A DNA stretch of 64,000 bases from Oscillospiraceae bacterium (GTDB lineage Bacteria; Bacillota; Clostridia; Oscillospirales; CAG-272). Each line of letters begins with the position of its first letter. The first letter of the stretch is position 1. The DNA lies in the NCBI GenBank assembly GCA_015064735.1, contig SVRP01000004.1, positions 12,800 to 76,799 of the forward strand, read 5' to 3'. The notes below the pieces were generated by a model. The model searched no databases and was not told the origin of the DNA. It was given only the letters and a program-made list of their open reading frames with translations. A program made the translations under genes and the position numbers. Shown here piece by piece: positions 52,737 to 62,921 of this stretch.

Positions 52737-53750
52737 ATGTCAGTAAAAGTTGCTATTAACGGCTTTGGCCGTATCGGCCGTCTCGCATTCAGACAGATGT
52801 TTGGTGCAGAAGGCTACGAGATCGTTGCAATCAACGACCTTACCAAGCCCGAGATGCTTGCTCACCTTCTCAAGTACGATACCGCTCAGGGTCGTTACGA
52901 CGGACACACCGTAGCTGCCGGTGAGGACAGCATCACCGTTGATGGAAAGACCATCAAGATCTATGCTGAAAAGGACGCTGCAAACTGTCCTTGGGCAGAG
53001 CTTAACGTAGACGTTGTTCTCGAGTGCACCGGTTTCTACTGCTCCACCGAGAAGTCTATGGCTCACATCAACGCAGGCGCAAAGAAGGTTGTTATCTCTG
53101 CTCCCGCAGGAAAGGATCTTAAGACCATCGTTTACTCTGTTAACGAGAAGACCCTTACCGCTGACGACAAGATCATCTCTGCTGCATCTTGTACCACCAA
53201 CTGCCTTGCACCTATGGCAAAGGCTCTCAATGACTACGCTCCTATCCAGAGCGGTATCATGACCACCGTTCATGCATACACCGGCGACCAGATGATCCTT
53301 GACGGTCCTCACAGAAAGGGAGACCTCAGACGTGCACGCGCAGGCGCACAGAACATCGTTCCTAACTCCACCGGCGCTGCAAAGGCAATCGGTCTTGTAA
53401 TTCCTGAGCTCAACGGCAAGCTTATCGGTTCTGCACAGAGAGTTCCTACCTGTACCGGTTCTACCACCATTCTCGTTGCAGTTGTTAAGGGTAAGGACGT
53501 TACCGTTGACGGCATCAACGCAGCAATGAAGGCAGCAGCTTCCGAGTCCTTCGGTTACAACGAGGATCAGATCGTATCTTCCGATATCATTGGTATCCGT
53601 TACGGTTCTCTCTTCGATGCAACCCAGACCATGGTTGCAAAGATCGACGACGATACCTACCAGGTACAGGTTGTTTCTTGGTACGACAACGAGAACTCCT
53701 ACACCAGCCAGATGGTTCGTACGATCAAGTACTTCGCAGAGCTCAACTAA
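52737..53750 (+). CDS. gap: type I glyceraldehyde-3-phosphate dehydrogenase
   Basis: [12 protein letters not shown] and SCTTNCLAP active-site motif. ATG 52737 behind GGAGGA. Confidence 0.95.
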   Translation: MSVKVAINGFGRIGRLAFRQMFGAEGYEIVAINDLTKPEMLAHLLKYDTAQGRYDGHTVAAGEDSITVDGKTIKIYAEKDAANCPWAELNVDVVLECTGFYCSTEKSMAHINAGAKKVVISAPAGKDLKTIVYSVNEKTLTADDKIISAASCTTNCLAPMAKALNDYAPIQSGIMTTVHAYTGDQMILDGPHRKGDLRRARAGAQNIVPNSTGAAKAIGLVIPELNGKLIGSAQRVPTCTGSTTILVAVVKGKDVTVDGINAAMKAAASESFGYNEDQIVSSDIIGIRYGSLFDATQTMVAKIDDDTYQVQVVSWYDNENSYTSQMVRTIKYFAELN

Positions 53751-53764
53751 TTCAATATATAAAC

Positions 53765-53802
53765 AAAAAATCCCACGCTCGAAATCGAGCGTGGGATTTT
53801 TT
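53765..53802 (+). terminator. intrinsic terminator of gap
   Basis: AAAAAATCCCACGCTCG...CGAGCGTGGGATTTTTT. Confidence 0.85.
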
Positions 53803-53860
53803 ATTGACAAATTTTCAATTTTTGATATAATAAAATCAATAGGCAAAGGGGAGGCAGAAT

Positions 53861-55567
53861 ATGAAAATAAATTTTAAGGTAATATCGGTAATTATTATTT
53901 TTTCCATGTTGCTGCTCAATATTGGTTGCGGTAAGAAAAATATGGAATACGGCGGACCGATTGGAGAGAGTGAGACTACAGAAAATCAAACGGAGCCTGT
54001 TGAGAGCGAAAAAATAAATACAGAGCCATATTTCATAAATTTAGACGGCTACACCGTGATATACCCCAAAAACGCAACCGATAAGCTTATAGGTTACCTT
54101 GAGAAATTCTGCGAGTTACTTGAGGATTATACGGGTGCGAAAATAGATCTTGCTTCCGACGCGAAAAGTGAGCAGGGAAAGGAAATATTGCTTGGAAATA
54201 CATCCCGCAAAGAAAGTGGCGATGCTAAAGATGAGCTTTCAAAGCATGAGAAACAAGAGGGAGCGTATATTATCCGTAATTACGGTGAGAAAATAGCTAT
54301 CGCGGGTAGGAATGAAAAGGTTATCATCAGAGCAATGAAACGCTTCCTTATGAACTATGCTAAGGCAAGCGAAACCGAGAAGTCCGTGCTTTTTTCGCAT
54401 GGAGAACGTGAAATAGGCGTTCTGAATACCGATAGTATGTTGTTTGAAAATTTTACGGAAATGTATGTGGAAACGCAATCTACAATAGCCAGTCTGCAAT
54501 CATCAAAGGAGCCTGATTCCTATGTGTATAGCTACGAAAGTATAATTGAGCTTGCCCATAACGGAGAGGATAACGGAACGTTGATTGCTACGTATACGGT
54601 ATATAGCAAGGATACGCGCAGGATTTATAAGAGTACGGACGGCGGAGAAAGCTGGGACTGTATTTCATACGTTCGGAATACTATTTCTGAAAATTCAATC
54701 AAGTCCAGTATGCAGGCATCGCTTTTTGAATTGCCGCGGGATATGGGAAGATTCAAGGCGGGGACTCTGTTTTTGGCTGACAGCACATACGTAACCAATT
54801 CGGACGGCATCGAGGCTACCGAAATAACCCTTTATTACAGTACAGATCTGGGCAAAAACTGGACATCATACTGCCAGCTTAAAAGTGGGCTGAACTATAG
54901 CGTTCACCTCGGTGTCTACGAGCCGTTCCTTTATTACGACGAGGAAACCGAAAGAGTTTATTGCTTCTACGCGGACGAAACCTACCCGAAAGCTTCCGAG
55001 GGAGTGCAAAAGCTTGTATGCCATTATACAGATGATATGGACAATTGGAGCGCGACGGTCGACGTAATAAACGGCGACGATACCGCATGGCGTCCGGGAA
55101 TGCCTTGCGTAACAAGAATGGGCAACGGCGAATATTTTCTTGTGTACGAGATATATGAGGAATCAATGGGAGCTCCGGTGTACTATCAGAAATTAAATTC
55201 TCTCAATGAATTTAGGTCTAAAGATTACGGAACGCATCTTGTAACTGCTGACGGTAAAAGCATAGGCGCATCACCTTGGTGTGCATGGACTCCTGCCGGA
55301 GGAGAATGCGGTACACTTGTTGTGGTAGGGAGCGGTTCGAATAAGGCAATATGGGGGCAAAGTGATATGTTTCTGAGCTTTGACTACGGTGAGACCTTTA
55401 TAGCAATTAAAAATCCTGTTCAGGTTTTAAGCTATGGAGTAAGAAAAATAGGGTACAGTCCAAGTGTTTTCTTTTCATCTGACGGAGAGACGTTACATTA
55501 CTGTACCAATACTGCCGATTTTAATTGCAGGGTAAGCGTTATATATTCGAATATCAAAATTTGGTAA
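53861..55567 (+). CDS. secreted lipoprotein: N-terminal alpha/beta module + BNR/sialidase-like beta-propeller
   Basis: Lipobox-like MLLLNIGC. BNR repeats STDGGESW and STDLGKNW. N-module homologous to that of 44655..46508. Confidence 0.8.
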   Translation: MKINFKVISVIIIFSMLLLNIGCGKKNMEYGGPIGESETTENQTEPVESEKINTEPYFINLDGYTVIYPKNATDKLIGYLEKFCELLEDYTGAKIDLASDAKSEQGKEILLGNTSRKESGDAKDELSKHEKQEGAYIIRNYGEKIAIAGRNEKVIIRAMKRFLMNYAKASETEKSVLFSHGEREIGVLNTDSMLFENFTEMYVETQSTIASLQSSKEPDSYVYSYESIIELAHNGEDNGTLIATYTVYSKDTRRIYKSTDGGESWDCISYVRNTISENSIKSSMQASLFELPRDMGRFKAGTLFLADSTYVTNSDGIEATEITLYYSTDLGKNWTSYCQLKSGLNYSVHLGVYEPFLYYDEETERVYCFYADETYPKASEGVQKLVCHYTDDMDNWSATVDVINGDDTAWRPGMPCVTRMGNGEYFLVYEIYEESMGAPVYYQKLNSLNEFRSKDYGTHLVTADGKSIGASPWCAWTPAGGECGTLVVVGSGSNKAIWGQSDMFLSFDYGETFIAIKNPVQVLSYGVRKIGYSPSVFFSSDGETLHYCTNTADFNCRVSVIYSNIKIW

Positions 55568-55584
55568 AAGCTCTATCGGCTATC

Positions 55585-55622
55585 CAAAAAAGAGGCTGTC
55601 TCAAATTGCATTTGAGACAGCC
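55585..55622 (-). terminator. intrinsic terminator of truB (shared hairpin between convergent genes)
   Basis: GGCTGTCTCAAAT-TGC-ATTTGAGACAGCC. The T-run is on the minus strand only. Confidence 0.75.
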
Positions 55623-55627
55623 CTTAG

Positions 55628-56533
55628 TTATAATTCAAATATTTTTATGGATTTAATTGCGCTTCCGTTTTCGTATTCACGTACCTCGCCGATGGCGAAG
55701 AAAGTTCCGTTTGCATCCGCAAGTCTTACTCTTGCCCCAAGGGGCAGAGAGGATTGTATCTTCTTTTGGTATATCTCACAACCGCCACGGCAAAGCTTTT
55801 CAAAAAATTCGGGTAAGCATACCTTGGGTAAGGAATCGAAAAGAGATTCGGTGGGGATAAGCTTCAAAATTCTATCGCTTTCTTCCATGGTCTCAAGCTC
55901 GGCTACTGAAAAAGAATTTTCTATCGAAAATCCACCCGCCTCAAGTCGCTCAAGGGTTGCCATTATACCGCCGCAACCAAGTGCCTTGCCTATATCCGCG
56001 CAAAGAGTGCGTATATAGGTTCCCGAAGAGCAGAAAACCTCAAGAATATAATCGGACGGTGTGGATGTTTTTGAGCATTGTAATTCAAATATCTTTACCT
56101 TTCGTGCTTCACGTTCCACAGTGATGCCTTTTCTTGCAAGGTCGCATAGCTTTTGCCCGTCCTTTTTCAGCGCGCTGTACATAGGAGGAATCTGCTCAAT
56201 CTCACCCAAAAATCCGGTACACGCAGAAATGACCTCGTCTGCTGACGGGAGCTTTTCGCATACGGCAAGAATATTCCCACTTGCATCTTCGGTGTCCGTG
56301 GTCATGCCCAAGCGGAGAGTTGCTCGATATCTTTTTGTGTCCGACACAAGGAATTCCGCTGCTTTTGCAGCTCTGCCGATAAGAACCACGAGAACTCCCG
56401 ACGCATCGGGATCAAGAGTGCCCGTATGCCCAACGCGACGGGTATTGTACAAACGGCGAACCTTCCCCACAATATCGTGAGATGTTACACCTACGTGCTT
56501 ATTGACAATAAGTACACCCGACGGCTCGGTCAT
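55628..56533 (-). CDS. truB: tRNA pseudouridine(55) synthase
   Basis: GVLIVNKHVGVTSHD and GHTGTLDPDASGVL motifs. Confidence 0.95.
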   Translation of the reverse strand: MTEPSGVLIVNKHVGVTSHDIVGKVRRLYNTRRVGHTGTLDPDASGVLVVLIGRAAKAAEFLVSDTKRYRATLRLGMTTDTEDASGNILAVCEKLPSADEVISACTGFLGEIEQIPPMYSALKKDGQKLCDLARKGITVEREARKVKIFELQCSKTSTPSDYILEVFCSSGTYIRTLCADIGKALGCGGIMATLERLEAGGFSIENSFSVAELETMEESDRILKLIPTESLFDSLPKVCLPEFFEKLCRGGCEIYQKKIQSSLPLGARVRLADANGTFFAIGEVREYENGSAIKSIKIFEL

Positions 56534-56554
56534 AGGAATACTCCTTTCGAAATT

Positions 56555-57799
56555 TTATTTTATGATTATATCGTCAAGTGGACGCTTGGGAACGTAGTGA
56601 ATATCCTCGCTGTCTCTGTAATACTTTACCTGACCGTCAACAGCCTCGGTAAGCACGACCTGTTCGTCGGGGACACCAAGTCCGAGGATAAGCTTTGGAA
56701 CAAGGTTATCGGGAAGAGAAAGGGCAGCTCTTATACTGTCAGCGCCCGCAGAGCCGATAATGCAACCGCCATACCCCTTTTCGTGCGCCGCAAGCATCAT
56801 GGTTTGAGCTACAATACCTACGTCAATCATGAATATAGGCTTTTCCTCGACTACGTTATTGTCATGGCAGATAACGATAAATGCCGTGGGCGCGTGATTT
56901 TCGGGAGGAAGCTTCTTGTCAAGAGCACTTGCCCAACGGGTAATTCCGAGAAGAGCGGCAACATCCTTATCATCCTGAACTATTTTGTATTTAAGAGGCT
57001 GCATGTTCATTGCTGCGGGACAATATCTCGCAGTATCGCAAATATCCTTGAGTATATCGTAGGGAATTCCCTTATCGGGTAGAAAGCTTCTCTTACTGCG
57101 GCTGCCAAGAACGAGTTCCTTAAGCATATTTGATTCCTCCTTTTTGGGAAGCTTGACCCAAGCCGAACAAATCGAAAATCCCTTTTCGGAGAAATTCTTT
57201 TCGTACTCGGTCATAACGTTATCCGTATTTTTCTCACTTGCGTGGAGATCTCTCGTCTGCCAGATTATTTCAGCGCCGAAACGCTCGAATTCCTCAAGAG
57301 AAAAATCAAAAAGCCCTGCGTTGTCGGTCTTGAAACGTAAAATCCCGTCCTCCTTGAGCATTCTCGCGTAGATCTCAAGAAAAACACTGTGAGTAAGTCT
57401 GCGCTTCGCATGTCTTGATTTTGGCCAGGGATCGCTGAAATTAAGATAAATGCAGTCAAGGGAATTGGCGGGAACACATTCCTCAAGAAGCTTTGCGTCT
57501 CCTATAAGAAAACGCAAATTGTCATTTTGCCTTTCTTCCTTGGAGGCATAAGCCTTTTCAAGGGCGACACAGCAAACGTCCGCAACCTTTTCCATGGCGA
57601 TAAAATTAATGTTTGGATACTTTTGCGCCATTCCAACAGCAAAGTTTCCCTTGCCACACCCGATCTCAAGATGAACAGGACGGCTATCGTCGTCAAAAAT
57701 ACCCGCAAAACCATCTCGAAGATCTCTTATATCCTTAATAAGGAGCTCGGAGCAGACCTCGATCCGCTCCGCTCCGTGTTTTTTCTTTCTTACTCTCAT
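56555..57799 (-). CDS. trmB: fusion: tRNA (guanine46-N7)-methyltransferase TrmB + C-terminal nitroreductase-family domain
   Basis: N-half: HLEIGCGKGNF, NFSDPWPK. C-half: SRSKRSF, nitroreductase-like core. No stop between the halves. ATG 57799 behind GGAG, 10 nt after the ychF stop. Confidence 0.85.
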   Translation of the reverse strand: MRVRKKKHGAERIEVCSELLIKDIRDLRDGFAGIFDDDSRPVHLEIGCGKGNFAVGMAQKYPNINFIAMEKVADVCCVALEKAYASKEERQNDNLRFLIGDAKLLEECVPANSLDCIYLNFSDPWPKSRHAKRRLTHSVFLEIYARMLKEDGILRFKTDNAGLFDFSLEEFERFGAEIIWQTRDLHASEKNTDNVMTEYEKNFSEKGFSICSAWVKLPKKEESNMLKELVLGSRSKRSFLPDKGIPYDILKDICDTARYCPAAMNMQPLKYKIVQDDKDVAALLGITRWASALDKKLPPENHAPTAFIVICHDNNVVEEKPIFMIDVGIVAQTMMLAAHEKGYGGCIIGSAGADSIRAALSLPDNLVPKLILGLGVPDEQVVLTEAVDGQVKYYRDSEDIHYVPKRPLDDIIIK

Positions 57800-57809
57800 A
57801 GTTGCTCCG

Positions 57810-58904
57810 TTATACGTTGAAGCGGAAGAGAACAATGTCTCCGTCCTTCATAACGTAGTCCTTACCCTCGCTTCGGTAAAGACCTGCTTCACGAACAGCG
57901 CTCATGGTACCGAGACGGTAAAGATCGTCGTAGGAGACAACCTCGGCTCTGATAAATCCGCGCTCAAAGTCGCTGTGGATTTTGCCAGCCGCCTGAGGTG
58001 CCTTGGTGCCGTTAACGATAGTCCAAGCCCTTACCTCGGTAGGACCTGCCGTAAGATAGCTGATAAGACCGAGAAGAGTGTAGCTTGCCTTGATAAGTCG
58101 GTCGAGACCGCTTTCGGGAATACCGAGGTCCTCAAGGAACATAGCTTTTTCCTCACCGTCAAGCTCTGCAATTTCAGCTTCAAGCTGTGCGCATACAGCC
58201 ATTATCTGAGAATGCTCACGCTCTGCCTGCTCCTTAAGAGCTACGTAGTTTTTGTTGCCTAAGGGCTCTTCGCCAATCTCATTTTCGCTTACGTTTGCGA
58301 CGTAAATAACAGGCTTCATGGAAAGAAGGGGAGTATCATAGAGACATTCAAGCTCTGATTCGTCAAGCTCAACCTCACGCGCGCTCTTGCCCTCGGAGAG
58401 AGCTGCAAGGAGCTTTTCAAAAACAGCAAGCTCGGATGCAAGGGTCTTATCACCCTTCATAGCCTTCTTTGTACGGTCGATACGTCGCTCAACCATTTCA
58501 ATATCCGAGAAAATAAGCTCAAGATTTATGGTTTCAAGGTCGCGCAGAGAATTTATATTTCCGTCAACGTGAATAATGTTCTCATCCTCAAAGCAACGGA
58601 TAACGTGAACGATAGCATCAACCTCACGGATATGAGAGAGGAACTTGTTTCCAAGACCCTCGCCCTTGGATGCACCCTTAACGAGACCGGCGATATCTAC
58701 AAATTCGATAACAGCGGGAGTGTATTTCTCCGCGTTGTACATCTTCTCAAGAAAATCGAGTCTGTTATCGGGTACGGAAACCACACCTACGTTAGGCTCA
58801 ATCGTGCAGAAGGGGTAGTTAGCAGATTCGGCTCCTGCGTTTGTCAATGCGTTAAACAGAGTACTTTTTCCCACATTGGGAAGTCCAACAATTCCAAGTT
58901 TCAT
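57810..58904 (-). CDS. ychF: redox-regulated ATPase YchF
   Basis: [21 protein letters not shown], 364 aa, and C-terminal TGS-like domain. Confidence 0.95.
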   Translation of the reverse strand: MKLGIVGLPNVGKSTLFNALTNAGAESANYPFCTIEPNVGVVSVPDNRLDFLEKMYNAEKYTPAVIEFVDIAGLVKGASKGEGLGNKFLSHIREVDAIVHVIRCFEDENIIHVDGNINSLRDLETINLELIFSDIEMVERRIDRTKKAMKGDKTLASELAVFEKLLAALSEGKSAREVELDESELECLYDTPLLSMKPVIYVANVSENEIGEEPLGNKNYVALKEQAEREHSQIMAVCAQLEAEIAELDGEEKAMFLEDLGIPESGLDRLIKASYTLLGLISYLTAGPTEVRAWTIVNGTKAPQAAGKIHSDFERGFIRAEVVSYDDLYRLGTMSAVREAGLYRSEGKDYVMKDGDIVLFRFNV

Positions 58905-59261
58905 TTTTTAATATCCTTTTCAAAAAAATATATCCAATCTATTATACAATATTATAAAGATTTTTTCAAGGTTATTTGAAAAAATATTCCATAGCTATTT
59001 AAAGTTTTAAAAAAACGCAGTATACAGTGCGGATATACATGATTAAAGAAATATACGGTTATTTTCATGGAGAAAGAATTCTAAAATTCTCATATTTTTG
59101 CCAAAAAAACAGAAAAATCACACAATCGTCATAATTAATCATAAAAAATTCATTAAAAAGGTCAAAAATTATTAAAAAAATGTTTGCAATTTGGAAAATT
59201 ATATGTTATAATATGTCAGTAATGAGTTTACGTTCATTTTCACTGAAAGGAATGGAACAGA

Positions 59262-59954
59262 ATGTTGGATACTAAAATTCTTGTAATCGACGATGACGAA
59301 AATATATGCGAGCTGCTTAAAATATACTTCGAAAACGAGGGATACAGCGTTAAGGTCGCCAATGACGGAGTAGAGGGCTTGGGCTTTTTCAAAATATATG
59401 AGCCCGATCTCGTTTTGCTTGATATAATGCTCCCCAAAAAAGACGGCTGGCAGATATGCCGCGAAATAAGAGAAATATCTTCAAAGCCGATAATTATTAT
59501 CTCTGCAAAGGGAGAGGTTTTTGATAAGGTTCTGGGACTTGAGCTCGGAGCGGATGACTTTGTAGTAAAGCCATTTGATATGAAGGAGCTCAGCGCAAGG
59601 GTCAAGAGTGTTCTCCGCCGCTGTCAGGCTCATGCAAGTCAGGGAGATGAGGAGGTTATCAAATTCGATAATATTGAGATAAGCCATCAAAAGTATGAGC
59701 TTAAGCTCAGAGGAAAAGCAGTGGACGTTCCTCCCAAGGAGCTGGAGCTTCTCTATTTCCTCGCTTCTAATTACAACCGCGTATTCACGAGAGATCAGCT
59801 TCTTGACAAGGTATGGGGCTTTGACTACCTCGGAGATTCCAGAACAGTTGACGTGCATGTAAAGCGTCTGCGTGAAAAGCTTGAGGGAGTATCCGATAAG
59901 TGGATGCTTAAGACTGTTTGGGGCGTTGGATATAAATTCGAGTTGCTTACCTGA
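59262..59954 (+). CDS. OmpR/PhoB-family response regulator (no cognate kinase adjacent)
   Basis: Receiver (VIDDDE...DLVLLDIMLP...IISAK) plus winged helix (TVDVHVKRLR...TVWGVGYKF). Confidence 0.93.
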   Translation: MLDTKILVIDDDENICELLKIYFENEGYSVKVANDGVEGLGFFKIYEPDLVLLDIMLPKKDGWQICREIREISSKPIIIISAKGEVFDKVLGLELGADDFVVKPFDMKELSARVKSVLRRCQAHASQGDEEVIKFDNIEISHQKYELKLRGKAVDVPPKELELLYFLASNYNRVFTRDQLLDKVWGFDYLGDSRTVDVHVKRLREKLEGVSDKWMLKTVWGVGYKFELLT

Positions 59955-59985
59955 TAGAATATGTAACATAGCTGAATAAAAATCA

Positions 59986-60033
59986 GCCTCAAGGCGAAAG
60001 ATAAATTAAAGTCTTTGCCTTGAGGTGTTTTTT
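59986..60033 (+). terminator. terminator/attenuator hairpin whose 3' arm contains the SD of the downstream protease gene
   Basis: GCCTCAAGGC (59986-59995) / GCCTTGAGGT (60017-60026), then TGTTTTTT directly abutting ATG 60034. GAGGTG at 60022-60027 is the only SD. Confidence 0.6.
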
Positions 60034-61371
60034 ATGGGCGGAAATTATGGAAAAAAGAGATTTTTCAAGAGCTTTATCGACGGAGCGCGGAAGAAGAAAG
60101 CAGATGATAAAAGAAAAGGGGATTCGGCAGGTCGTCAGATAATTAAAAAGGAAACACAGTTGTATCAAAGTAATATCGGGAATCAAAAATCATACGAGGA
60201 AGAACAGCACAAAGATCTTGATTTATCTTTCACGGAAAAAACCGAAACAGTGTGGAATAAAAAAAGGAGTGAGCTTGCAAGAGCCGTGTGTGTTGCAATT
60301 ACCGTTATTGCCGTTTTAGCGTCTATAGGGGTAACCGGTTACGCACTTTATATAGCGAAAAAGGTACCTGCCGAAAATACATTCCCCACGATCGACCCGT
60401 ACGGAAATATACCCGAAGGGGAAAAAAAGGTTATTTTTATAAAGGAGCACGACAGCGAAAGCGGTGCCCTTACTCCTTCGGAAATTTACGAAAAGTGTAA
60501 AGGAGCTGTCGTTACTGTTTTATGCGAGGATAATTCATCGGTTGGCAGCGGATTTATATATTCGGCAGACGGATATATCGCCACAGCCGCGCACGTTGTG
60601 GAAAATTGTGAGCAAATAAGTGTAGTAACCTACAATAACCGAAAATTTATTGCCAAGCTAATTCAATCCGATACAAAAACCGATGTTGCATTGCTAAAAA
60701 TAGATGCAAAGAATCTGCCATGCGTTGAGCTTGGGATATCTTCGGAGCTTCTCGTAGGAGAAGACGTTTACGCAATAGGAACACCTGCTTCTGTTGATTA
60801 CGCCGGAAGCTTTTGCTCAGGCGAGGTAACCTATTTTAACAGAGTTCTGTCAATTTACGATAATACGGGAGCTCTTGAAAAGAAAATGACGGTTATACAG
60901 ACAAATGCGGTTCTGAATTCAGGCAATTCGGGAAGTCCGCTTTTTGACGGATTCGGCAGAGTAGTAGGAATGGTAACAATGAAGCTTGGCGGTGAATATG
61001 ACGGAATTGGCTTTGCGTTGCCTGCTGACGGTGTATCAAATATTCTTGATGCCATGATGAAAAATGAGATTCCTGACGACGACGTAGTATCGTCATTTGT
61101 AACTCTGGCCCCTAAGCTCGGAATATTCGGGGAAACGGTGAGCAAGGACGGAAAATACGGGTATCAGATAAGCTCCTTTGCCGAGTGTGGCTCGACTGCT
61201 AAGACCGTTCTCCGTGAGGGCGATACAGTAGTCGGTATCGACGGAGAAGAGGTAAGTCGATATGAAGAGATTGTGAATATAATAAATAGAAAAAAGCCGA
61301 AAGACACCGTGAGTGTAACGGTTATAAGAAACCGACAAAGCCTGACCTTTGATATAATTCTAGGTCAGTAA
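60034..61371 (+). CDS. membrane-anchored HtrA/DegP-like serine protease with PDZ domain
   Basis: TM anchor (VCVAITVIAVLASIGVTGYALYI). Catalytic triad contexts AAHVV, TDVALLK, and GNSGSPLF. C-terminal PDZ-like segment. Confidence 0.85.
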   Translation: MGGNYGKKRFFKSFIDGARKKKADDKRKGDSAGRQIIKKETQLYQSNIGNQKSYEEEQHKDLDLSFTEKTETVWNKKRSELARAVCVAITVIAVLASIGVTGYALYIAKKVPAENTFPTIDPYGNIPEGEKKVIFIKEHDSESGALTPSEIYEKCKGAVVTVLCEDNSSVGSGFIYSADGYIATAAHVVENCEQISVVTYNNRKFIAKLIQSDTKTDVALLKIDAKNLPCVELGISSELLVGEDVYAIGTPASVDYAGSFCSGEVTYFNRVLSIYDNTGALEKKMTVIQTNAVLNSGNSGSPLFDGFGRVVGMVTMKLGGEYDGIGFALPADGVSNILDAMMKNEIPDDDVVSSFVTLAPKLGIFGETVSKDGKYGYQISSFAECGSTAKTVLREGDTVVGIDGEEVSRYEEIVNIINRKKPKDTVSVTVIRNRQSLTFDIILGQ

Positions 61372-61505
61372 CAGAAAATATATCAAGATTGCACAAAATA
61401 ATTTAAAAAATCAAAAAAACTATTGCAAAAAGCGAACAAATCATGTATAATTAAAATATTATACACTGAGTGTTCGTTTTTTCTTTTGAAAGGAGGAAAG
61501 TAAAA

Positions 61506-62192
61506 ATGACTTTGTCATTTTGGAATGTAGTGCTGCGCTTGTTTGTGGCTGCAATTTGCGGAGGACTTATCGGAATAGATAGAGGAAGAAAGCGCAGAGC
61601 GGCAGGCTTTAGAACTCATATGCTTGTGTGTATGGGAGCGGCGCTGACTATTGTGCTTGGTATTTATCTCTCAAATCAAATATACGGTGTATGGGGCTTG
61701 GGAGATTTTTATAAAACGGATATATCGAGATTTGGAGCGCAGGTCATTAACGGCATAGGATTTATCGGTGCAGGTACTATTATAGTAACGGGACGTCAGC
61801 AGGTAAAGGGAATGACGACGGCTGCAGGTCTTTGGGCATCTGCCTGTATGGGGCTTGCTATTGGAGCAGGCTTTTGGGCAGCTGCTGTCATAGGCTGTTC
61901 TTGTATTATAATTACCATAGTTATATTTTCCAAGCTTGAATCATTTATCCTTTCACATTCGAGAAACGTGAATATATTTGTTGAATTTGAGAATGCTGAT
62001 GATCTTTCTACCATAATAGAGAGGATCAAGGAGCAGGATGTCCGTATTTTCGATATTGAGCTAACCAAGGCAAAGGGAGAATCCTATCCAAATGCGATCT
62101 TTTCCTTGCAACTTCCCAAAAGTAGGTCTCACGCATATGTAATGACGGCAATTGCGGAAATTGATACCGTCAGAACCATAGAAGAAGTATAA
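61506..62192 (+). CDS. MgtC/SapB family protein
   Basis: GGLIGIDRGRKRRAAGFRTH and GIGFIGAGTII motifs. ATG 61506 behind AGGAGG. Confidence 0.9.
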   Translation: MTLSFWNVVLRLFVAAICGGLIGIDRGRKRRAAGFRTHMLVCMGAALTIVLGIYLSNQIYGVWGLGDFYKTDISRFGAQVINGIGFIGAGTIIVTGRQQVKGMTTAAGLWASACMGLAIGAGFWAAAVIGCSCIIITIVIFSKLESFILSHSRNVNIFVEFENADDLSTIIERIKEQDVRIFDIELTKAKGESYPNAIFSLQLPKSRSHAYVMTAIAEIDTVRTIEEV

Positions 62193-62205
62193 GGAGGGCA
62201 GAGAA

Positions 62206-62904
62206 ATGTTAGAATTTTTTGATATTTTTCGCGGTAATTACATAGATTGGCTTACAGTCGCTGTCCGACTTGTTACGGCAATAATCTGCGGAGGAGTTAT
62301 AGGACTCGAGCGCGAAAGAAAGCGCCGTCCCGCAGGCTTCCGAACACACATTCTTATTTGTCTCGGTGCTGCAATGACAACCCTTACAAGCCAGTATCTC
62401 GTTTTGAACCTTCACATGTTTACCGATATGGCTCGTCTTGGCGCACAGGTTATTGCGGGTATCGGATTTATAGGCGCGGGTACAATTATCATAACCAAGA
62501 GACGTCAGGTTAAGGGACTTACTACGGCAGCAGGACTTTGGGCTGCCGCGATCGTCGGTCTTTGCTGCGGTGCGGGCTTCTTTGAGGCAGCTATCGTTTC
62601 TACGGCAATAATTCTTTTAGCGGAAATTGTTTTTGCAAAGCTTGAATATTTTATTGTTTCAAATGCAAGAGTTTGTAATCTCTACATAGAGTATTCGGAG
62701 ACGAGCAAGCTTGGAGTTATAGTTGATACCATAAAAAAGACGGGCGCATACATAGTGGATATGGAAATAACCAAAAAGGGCTCGGATGAGGGAAAAAACC
62801 CTTGCGCTGTGTTTTCGATACGTACACCCAGAAAAATCAAACATCAGGCTATGATGACAATGCTTGCTAAGCTTGACGGTGTAATTTCTGTTGAAGAGCT
62901 TTAA
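62206..62904 (+). CDS. MgtC/SapB family protein (tandem paralog)
   Basis: GGVIGLERERKRRPAGFRTH and GIGFIGAGTII. Confidence 0.9.
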   Translation: MLEFFDIFRGNYIDWLTVAVRLVTAIICGGVIGLERERKRRPAGFRTHILICLGAAMTTLTSQYLVLNLHMFTDMARLGAQVIAGIGFIGAGTIIITKRRQVKGLTTAAGLWAAAIVGLCCGAGFFEAAIVSTAIILLAEIVFAKLEYFIVSNARVCNLYIEYSETSKLGVIVDTIKKTGAYIVDMEITKKGSDEGKNPCAVFSIRTPRKIKHQAMMTMLAKLDGVISVEEL

Positions 62905-62921
62905 GAAAGGACTGCAAAATT

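Noticed and set aside
52740-53846. 368-aa minus-strand ORF opposite gap
   Set aside because: Antisense shadow of GAPDH, and it runs through the gap terminator.
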